From an uncultured Pseudomonadales bacterium (GTDB lineage: Bacteria > Patescibacteriota > Microgenomatia > UBA1400 > MFAQ01), in assembly GCA_964418355.1 (NCBI GenBank), contig CAYQLI010000001.1, positions 1 to 30,561 on the forward strand: DNA of 30,561 bases. Direction: 5' to 3'. The notes beneath the pieces are model-generated. The model saw only the letters and a program-made list of their open reading frames with translations. It did no database searches and was not told the DNA's origin. Below, in pieces: positions 24,878 through 30,561 of this stretch. Both the position numbers and the translations under genes were made by a program. Numbering within the stretch: position 1 is the stretch's first letter; each line of letters starts with the position of its first letter.

Positions 24878-25648
24878 TTAATACAGTTTTTTGTTGTAGA
24901 CCTCAAGAATAAATCGGCCATCGCTTCCTTGGGTCGGATCGCCCTGATAAATGGTGACCCCGCAATTGATGGGCCCATCGTTTTCATCAAGGTAAATGAA
25001 TTCTTCTTCGTCCATTCTTTCCAGCTGGGCCCTGATCGAAAGAATGGTCAGGTTATGGGTGATGGCCAAAATGTCTTGCTCTGCATACTCTCTAATTAGG
25101 GTATAGAACCAAGAACTACTGCGGGCGCGAACGTCGGGGACACTTTCCCCTTGTAAATAACGATGACGATAACGTCCGTCAAAATCATACAATTCCTTTT
25201 GTTCCGGATGAAAAACTAAGTAGAGGCGCCAGTCAGAATATAAAACTCGCTGACCGTGTTCCTGCTCCCTGATTCTTTCGTCCACAACCTCATTGACATC
25301 GGCAAGTTCCGGCCACGACTCTTTCATAAATTGTAAGGTTTGGCGGGTTCTGACGTAGGGTGAGACATAAATGACAACGGGCAGACGGATCATCTCTTTC
25401 AGACCGGCGGCGACCCGCCTGGCTTGCTCCCCTCCCTCTGGTGTCAATGGCGTTTTGTGATCGCCACCAACAGCTGGAAATTTCTCTTTTAGTTCCCGGG
25501 CCATGCGAATGGTCTCTTCGCAGTCAAAACAGGTATCATACTGACGAACGAATTCCTGCCAAAGTTGATCCTTTCGCATTTCCTTTTTCAAACGATTGAA
25601 GGCGGATTCGCCGTGTCGAACTAGAGTGAGGGATTCTGGCCACTTCAT
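24878..25648 (-). CDS. Histidine phosphatase (PGM-like)
   Basis: LVRHGES, SPYVRTRQT, ERIREQEHG, GES, ITHNL. Start at MKWPES (25648), 7 nt after TAGAAT. Confidence 0.9.
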   Translation of the reverse strand: MKWPESLTLVRHGESAFNRLKKEMRKDQLWQEFVRQYDTCFDCEETIRMARELKEKFPAVGGDHKTPLTPEGGEQARRVAAGLKEMIRLPVVIYVSPYVRTRQTLQFMKESWPELADVNEVVDERIREQEHGQRVLYSDWRLYLVFHPEQKELYDFDGRYRHRYLQGESVPDVRARSSSWFYTLIREYAEQDILAITHNLTILSIRAQLERMDEEEFIYLDENDGPINCGVTIYQGDPTQGSDGRFILEVYNKKLY

Positions 25649-25681
25649 AACGGTGATTCTACAATATACAATAGCCAGCGT

Positions 25682-26830
25682 ATGAGAAAAGACTACAAGA
25701 AACTTTCGCTGTCTAAACATCTCCGTTTCCGTGGAAAGATCCAAGTCACCAGTAAATTCGGGAAACTGAAAACAAAGGACGATTTGTCGATCGCCTATAC
25801 GCCCGGAGTAGCGGCGGTATCCGAACTCCTGGCCCGCGAGCCGAAAAAAGCCTTTGATTATTCGATCAAGTCCAACACGATCGCGGTCGTTTCTGACGGC
25901 TCCGCCGTCCTGGGACTGGGGAACATCGGCCCCTTGGGGGCTTTGCCGGTAATGGAAGGGAAGGCGCTCCTCTTCAAAGAGTTTGGGGGCGTCGACGCCT
26001 ACCCGATCGTCCTGGATACCCAAGACACAGAAGAAATAATTAAGGTGGTGAAACAGATTTCGCCTACATTTGGGGGCATTAATCTCGAGGATATTTCCGC
26101 ACCCCGTTGTTTTGAAATTGAAGAAAGATTAAAAAAAGAATTATCCATCCCCGTCTTCCATGACGATCAGCATGGCACGGCGATTGTAGTCTTGGCGGCG
26201 ATCATTAATAGCCTGAAGATCACCAAAAAAAAGAAAAAGACCCTAAGGGTCGTCATCAGCGGGGCCGGTTCGGCGGGAATTGCGATCGCCAAGCTACTCT
26301 TACTTTTTGGGGTTTCCGATATCGTCATGACGGATAGTAAGGGAGTGATCAACAAGAAAAGGAAAGATTTGAACCCTCAGAAAAAGGAGATCGCAAAACT
26401 GGGGAATAAGAGAGGTGTTTCTGGAGAATTGAAGGATGCCCTGCTGGGAGCGGATATTTTTATCGGGGTCAGCGTTGCTGGCATCGTCACGTCCGCGATG
26501 GTTTCGACAATGAATAAAAGGGCAGTTGTCTTGGCGATGGCCAATCCGGCGCCGGAAATCATGCCGAAGGAAGCGAAAAGGGGAGGGGCGCTGATCGTCG
26601 GAACCGGGAGATCTGATTTCCCGAATCAGATAAATAATGTCTTGGCTTTCCCGGGAATTTTCCGGGGGGCGCTGGACCACCGGGTTGCCCAGATCACCGA
26701 GAAAATGAAGCTTAAAGCTGCCCGGGCGATCGCTTCTTGTGTCAAAGAAAATGAGCTCTCTCCCGACCACATCGTCCCTAGTCCCTTTGATCCAAAGGTC
26801 GCCAAAAGTGTGGCCGAGTCAATTTCGTAA
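25682..26830 (+). CDS. NAD(P)-dependent malic enzyme (short form, no PTA domain)
   Basis: AYTPGVA, DGSAVLGLG, MEGK, NLEDI, FHDDQHGTA, GAGSAG, ANPAPEI, NQINNVLAFPG. Confidence 0.96.
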   Translation: MRKDYKKLSLSKHLRFRGKIQVTSKFGKLKTKDDLSIAYTPGVAAVSELLAREPKKAFDYSIKSNTIAVVSDGSAVLGLGNIGPLGALPVMEGKALLFKEFGGVDAYPIVLDTQDTEEIIKVVKQISPTFGGINLEDISAPRCFEIEERLKKELSIPVFHDDQHGTAIVVLAAIINSLKITKKKKKTLRVVISGAGSAGIAIAKLLLLFGVSDIVMTDSKGVINKKRKDLNPQKKEIAKLGNKRGVSGELKDALLGADIFIGVSVAGIVTSAMVSTMNKRAVVLAMANPAPEIMPKEAKRGGALIVGTGRSDFPNQINNVLAFPGIFRGALDHRVAQITEKMKLKAARAIASCVKENELSPDHIVPSPFDPKVAKSVAESIS

Positions 26831-26833
26831 GGA

Positions 26834-28009
26834 TCAATATCCGAGTTCAGAGACGGCGGTGAGGAAGAGCGCGCTGCTCCAGGCAAAAGGATGCTCGCTT
26901 TTGTAAAACCAAGTGTTGAAGGGATTACCCTTTTCGTCATAGATCTCGTAAACTTCATTGTGTTTGACGATCAGCTTGGCGATCTTTTTTAATAATGATT
27001 TCGCTTGGCGAGAGTAATGTTTTTTCAGAGCCATAACTGAAACTGCCCCAAGCCAAAGCCAGGCGCAGTCATTGTTGTGATAACCGGAAAGGCCAATCAG
27101 ATTAAATCTCTTGGGAATTAGACTGTGGTGAAACTTGGGAGTATTGACCCGGCAGGGAACGGGGTAGTGGACATCGGATTTCAAAAAGTGAGAAAGGATG
27201 CTTTTGGCGATTTTGTCCGGAACGACTTTCCACCAGACGGCGAGCATATTGCCGTCAACAACAAAGGACTGAGATTCTTTCGGGGTGGGGCTACCCAGAT
27301 TGTTTAAATAACGGCCGTTGAAGAAAGACACTAGCAAGGACGAGCGGGTTTTCCGATACCGTTTCTGCCAGATCTCTTTATTTTTTCCCAGCGACCTCCC
27401 GATTTTACCCATACTGTCGAGCGCCTTGAGATAAAGAATATTGGTGTAGAGTGTAGCGCCTTTCAGGCGGAGAGAATCCATCCAGCTCTCATGCCAGTCT
27501 TCGTTGACCAGGAAGTTGTCGGTATGTTTCCGATACCAAGACATGGCTTTCACTAGTTTGGGCCACCACTTTTTCACTTTTTTTATTTCTCCACCGTGTT
27601 TGATGAATTCGTGAATAGCGATGACAAGGAGAGAACCGCCGTCCTTGCCCCGAAGGCCGCGGCCATCTCTGCCGCTGAACCAGAAGTAAGCCGGGTTGAG
27701 GCTGAAGAGCGGTATTATCTTACCGAAGGTTGGCAGGCCCAAAAGCCTAAAGTAGAGGCCGAATCTGGAGCCGATCCGATTGGGCACTTGGCCATTGTTA
27801 TCAATATGGGAGACAAAGAGGCTGATCTGTTTTTCGGCAATAGAAAGGTCGCCTACCCGCAAAACTCCCAAAACTGTCCAGAGACCATCACGGGCCCAGT
27901 ACTCATGGAAGTTGGTTAGACCGGCGAAAATTCCATCTTTGGCATAGCAGGATTGGAGTGATTTTTTGGCGATCTCGGCGGCTTGCTGGATCAGATTCGT
28001 TTTTGGCAC
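26834..28009 (-). CDS. Second six-hairpin glycoside hydrolase, GH15/63/100-like
   Basis: EYWARD, SWMDS, LYTNILY, DGNMLA, VYEIYD, FAWSSAL. Confidence 0.8.
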   Translation of the reverse strand: MPKTNLIQQAAEIAKKSLQSCYAKDGIFAGLTNFHEYWARDGLWTVLGVLRVGDLSIAEKQISLFVSHIDNNGQVPNRIGSRFGLYFRLLGLPTFGKIIPLFSLNPAYFWFSGRDGRGLRGKDGGSLLVIAIHEFIKHGGEIKKVKKWWPKLVKAMSWYRKHTDNFLVNEDWHESWMDSLRLKGATLYTNILYLKALDSMGKIGRSLGKNKEIWQKRYRKTRSSLLVSFFNGRYLNNLGSPTPKESQSFVVDGNMLAVWWKVVPDKIAKSILSHFLKSDVHYPVPCRVNTPKFHHSLIPKRFNLIGLSGYHNNDCAWLWLGAVSVMALKKHYSRQAKSLLKKIAKLIVKHNEVYEIYDEKGNPFNTWFYKSEHPFAWSSALFLTAVSELGY

Positions 28010-28051
28010 TTAACGATTCTAGCCTGTGTGTGGCCAGGTGTCACTAGCGGT

Positions 28052-28957
28052 TTAGTAGTTGCCCCAGGTAAAGGAAAAGTTATTGGCGAGACTGAAAAAC
28101 TCAGCGAGTGTTTCGGCATCTCCGCCGGACGGAGGCTGCTGGGTATTGGTATTTAAAATTGTCTTTAGGTTTGGTGTCTGATAAAAGAACTGGATTTGGC
28201 CTTGCTGGTCAATGAGACCGGCAATTGGTAGGATCGGCTGTAAATTGCTTCCCCCTTCGCTAAAGGCTAGGGAGAGGATTTTCCTGGCCTTCGTCATCCC
28301 GAGGATGGAAAACTGCGCCTGGGTGACAAAATGAAGTAAGGCGGGGTTGCTTCTCTCCTCATATTTTGCCAGGTCACGTCTGGCTGCCAAGATGCCGCGA
28401 GGAACCTTGCGTTTCTCAAGTAATTCGAGGCCATCTTCGGCAATTTCATAGCCGGCGCCAAGACTGATGGTCTGAAAAGAAGGATCAATCGTGATCATGG
28501 AACCTGATTTCTCATGCCAAAGAGAAAGCCAGTAATGGACCTGGCCGGCTTGGCAAAAATATGTTGGGGACAAACCTTTGGCGAGATACGGAACAAGACG
28601 GCTACCGGAGAGTTTTTTGGTTTCAGTAAGAAGGTTCCAAAGATTGTCATCAAGGCCAAGCTGATAACAAAGACCGGCGCAATCTCCGAACTGACGATTG
28701 TCCTGATAAAAGGCGTCAATAATGGCGGTGCAGAAACCGCCCGGGTTTCGGGTAAGACGAACTGGGACTTTTGTTAGCTCGGCAAGAAAAGTAAGTGGCA
28801 TATCGTAGCGGCGAAGTGCCATTGCTTCACTGGCAAATTGATCCAACAGCCGGTGGTCCATGCCCCAGAGACCGGCAACAACCTCCCGGGCCTCATTTAC
28901 GATTTTGATGGGGATTTGCCGACCTTCTTTTTGTTTAATTGATTCCGGACCAAACAT
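28052..28957 (-). CDS. Hypothetical protein with a transglutaminase/NAT-like Cys-His-Asp triad
   Basis: FGDCAGLC...VHYWL...IDPSF order and spacing; leaderless-type start. Confidence 0.55.
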   Translation of the reverse strand: MFGPESIKQKEGRQIPIKIVNEAREVVAGLWGMDHRLLDQFASEAMALRRYDMPLTFLAELTKVPVRLTRNPGGFCTAIIDAFYQDNRQFGDCAGLCYQLGLDDNLWNLLTETKKLSGSRLVPYLAKGLSPTYFCQAGQVHYWLSLWHEKSGSMITIDPSFQTISLGAGYEIAEDGLELLEKRKVPRGILAARRDLAKYEERSNPALLHFVTQAQFSILGMTKARKILSLAFSEGGSNLQPILPIAGLIDQQGQIQFFYQTPNLKTILNTNTQQPPSGGDAETLAEFFSLANNFSFTWGNY

Positions 28958-29032
28958 CCGGATATTATACCCTATAGTTAATAAATTTGGAAAGAAGCGG
29001 GAAATTAGTCCGGCAGGTGGTAAAATCGCGCT

Positions 29033-29383
29033 GTGAAGGAAAGTCTTTATGTTCCAGTAGTTGAGGTGGCGAAATTTTCGGGAAGAGGCGAGGTCTATTC
29101 CTGGACCAGAATTACGGAGCGGGACAATGCACCCGAAGGTTTTGAGGACTTCGTTCCCTATATTAATGTCATCGTGGAATTGGAAGAAGGTCCACGCACC
29201 ACGGGTAGGTTAACTGATGTGAATTATGATGACATTCATTTTGGCATGGAGGTGGAGAGTGTGACGAGACTCAAAAAAAAGGACGATAGGGGCCCGCTGA
29301 TTTATGGCGATGCTTTCAGGCCTGTATTGATGAGGACTGAAAAAACGACCCAAGAAGTAATTGACGAAATCCTAAACTCTTGA
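29033..29383 (+). CDS. DUF35-type OB-fold protein lacking the N-terminal Zn ribbon
   Basis: SGRGEVYSWT, PYINVIVELEEGPR, GMEVESVTR, YGDAFRP; no cysteines. Confidence 0.8.
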   Translation: MKESLYVPVVEVAKFSGRGEVYSWTRITERDNAPEGFEDFVPYINVIVELEEGPRTTGRLTDVNYDDIHFGMEVESVTRLKKKDDRGPLIYGDAFRPVLMRTEKTTQEVIDEILNS

Positions 29384-29392
29384 GGAACTAAA

Positions 29393-30220
29393 TTATTCGA
29401 AGACCCTGATCTCGGAGAGGAGCTGATCGGCCTCCTGCTTGGTAAAGTTTTGGGGCAGCTGCCCCTCGAGAAGAAATTTCTTCAAATCGGCGACACTGAC
29501 AATTCCCCTTTCAAAAAGAGAGTTTAATTGGTTCTGACGAAGGTCCTGCAGGACGGTAATGGGATGCAGGTGGGCTTTGATGATAAGATCGCGCAGACTA
29601 TCTTCGGAGGGAAAACCCCAGCTGAGGATCCGCATGCCGATGCATTTGGCGTAATCAATCACATCTTTGGTTACTGCGGTGTTGGTGATCAACCAGGCTT
29701 TGTGACCTTCGTGATGGGCGGCTAGGCCGGGACTGGCTTTGATGTCCTCGAAACGGGCCTGGGTATAAAGCGCCACTTGGACGTCGGTTTTTATCCCCAG
29801 CTGATTGTGGAACTTACATTCGATGAAGTAGTGCTCGGCGGCGTTACTGGCCTCAATGTCTATTTCATGGCTGACACACTTACCGGTGAGGGTGACGCCA
29901 ACCTTGGTTTGGTAACCCTGTGAGGAAAGGATCCTGGCGACAAATTCTTCAAAGGGATAACCGGTGGGGCCGAGGCGAATGATTGCGCGTTTGAGATCGT
30001 AGTTATAGGCATGACTGATGTAACCTTTGCGGCGTAGGAAGCCGAATACGTACGCATAGATCAAATGGGTGGAAATCTTATCGGTGAGTTTGTTTTTGGC
30101 GTATTCGATCGCTTCTCTGGCCACATCATCAGGAACGCGAGCAAATTTTAGCGACCGGGCCAGCTTTTCTTCGTCGAAATCTACAATCTCTCCCGATGCC
30201 TTGGTGACCTTGATATTCAT
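29393..30220 (-). CDS. ATP-cone + Mrr-like restriction endonuclease domain protein
   Basis: VTKASGEIVDFDEEKL (ATP cone), GYPFEEFVARIL, EIDIEA, IECKFH (PD-D/ExK). Start 30220 or 30232. Confidence 0.85.
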   Translation of the reverse strand: MNIKVTKASGEIVDFDEEKLARSLKFARVPDDVAREAIEYAKNKLTDKISTHLIYAYVFGFLRRKGYISHAYNYDLKRAIIRLGPTGYPFEEFVARILSSQGYQTKVGVTLTGKCVSHEIDIEASNAAEHYFIECKFHNQLGIKTDVQVALYTQARFEDIKASPGLAAHHEGHKAWLITNTAVTKDVIDYAKCIGMRILSWGFPSEDSLRDLIIKAHLHPITVLQDLRQNQLNSLFERGIVSVADLKKFLLEGQLPQNFTKQEADQLLSEIRVFE

Positions 30221-30281
30221 ATCTAAGACCATTTTACTGTAATATGGTATTAGAGTTATCAGTTAGTTTCAAAAGAAAACT

Positions 30282-30437
30282 ATGTGGGGATACGGAACCT
30301 ACGGAGGAATGATGGGTGGCCTTGCCGGCTGGAGCTTTTTTGCTCTGCTCACCTGGGTCGCCTTGATCGTCTTCCTGCTTTTGGGAATCGCCTACTTCTG
30401 GAAAGAGATCCAAAAACCGAAGGGAAAGCGCAAGTAA
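30282..30437 (+). CDS. Small single-pass membrane protein (51 aa, MWGYGTYGGMMGG...)
   Basis: My own translation: Gly/Met-rich N-terminus, one TM helix, basic tail; below the ORF-track cutoff. Confidence 0.75.
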   Translation: MWGYGTYGGMMGGLAGWSFFALLTWVALIVFLLLGIAYFWKEIQKPKGKRK

Positions 30438-30482
30438 TAGTCTTTGGTTATTAAATTGATATCAGAAGGGGGGTGATTTTTG

Positions 30483-30561
30483 ATGAAACATGATCCAATG
30501 GCGACGGCGAATGCCGCCGGTTTGGTAACACTGATTTTGTACGTCGTTTGCAGAGTGTTAG
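30483..30561 (+). CDS. Membrane protein N-terminus, DUF5676-like, runs off the window
   Basis: MKHDPMATANAAGLVTLILYVVCRVL; GGGGGTGA SD-like sequence upstream. Confidence 0.6.
   Translation, partial: MKHDPMATANAAGLVTLILYVVCRVL

Noticed and set aside
25649-26023. 125-codon N-terminal extension of the His-phosphatase ORF
   Set aside because: Lies antisense to malic enzyme; the RHG motif and TAGAAT-N7-ATG place the start at 25648.
30240-30252. TAATA-TGG-TATTA palindrome before the small membrane genes as a metal-regulator operator
   Set aside because: Only 5-bp AT-rich arms, expected by chance, and not a good match to CsoR or CopY boxes.

Overview
Gene-dense bacterial window using genetic code 11 (TGA acts as a stop, e.g. 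the ATGA overlaps at 1067-1070 and 20466-20469). Compact genes, many ORFans and pervasive leaderless starts suggest a CPR/Patescibacteria (Microgenomates-like) genome; this is inference only. Core genes: secA, serS, greA, tRNA-Glu(CTC). Accessory genes: DipZ, polysaccharide deacetylase, orphan PAS histidine kinase, a RelE/Phd toxin-antitoxin pair, D,D-carboxypeptidase, malic enzyme, two six-hairpin glycosidases, and many nucleotide/phosphate hydrolases (3 Nudix, 2 HAM1, CYTH, HD, PPase, His-phosphatase). No CRISPR array, rRNA or transposase was seen. The strongest signals lie outside the ORF track: (1) a SAM-I-type riboswitch with a variant P1 pair and a terminator/antiterminator, controlling an APH-family kinase plus a truncated TIM-barrel gene; (2) a compact serine T-box with an ultra-short Stem I upstream of serS; (3) three abutting GCAA-tetraloop hairpins upstream of the histidine kinase; (4) a nucleotidyltransferase fused to an Acb1-like 2H phosphoesterase; (5) a Cys-rich zinc-ribbon repeat gene whose apparent C-terminus lies in the -1 frame. 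All RNA structures were read by eye, not computed.
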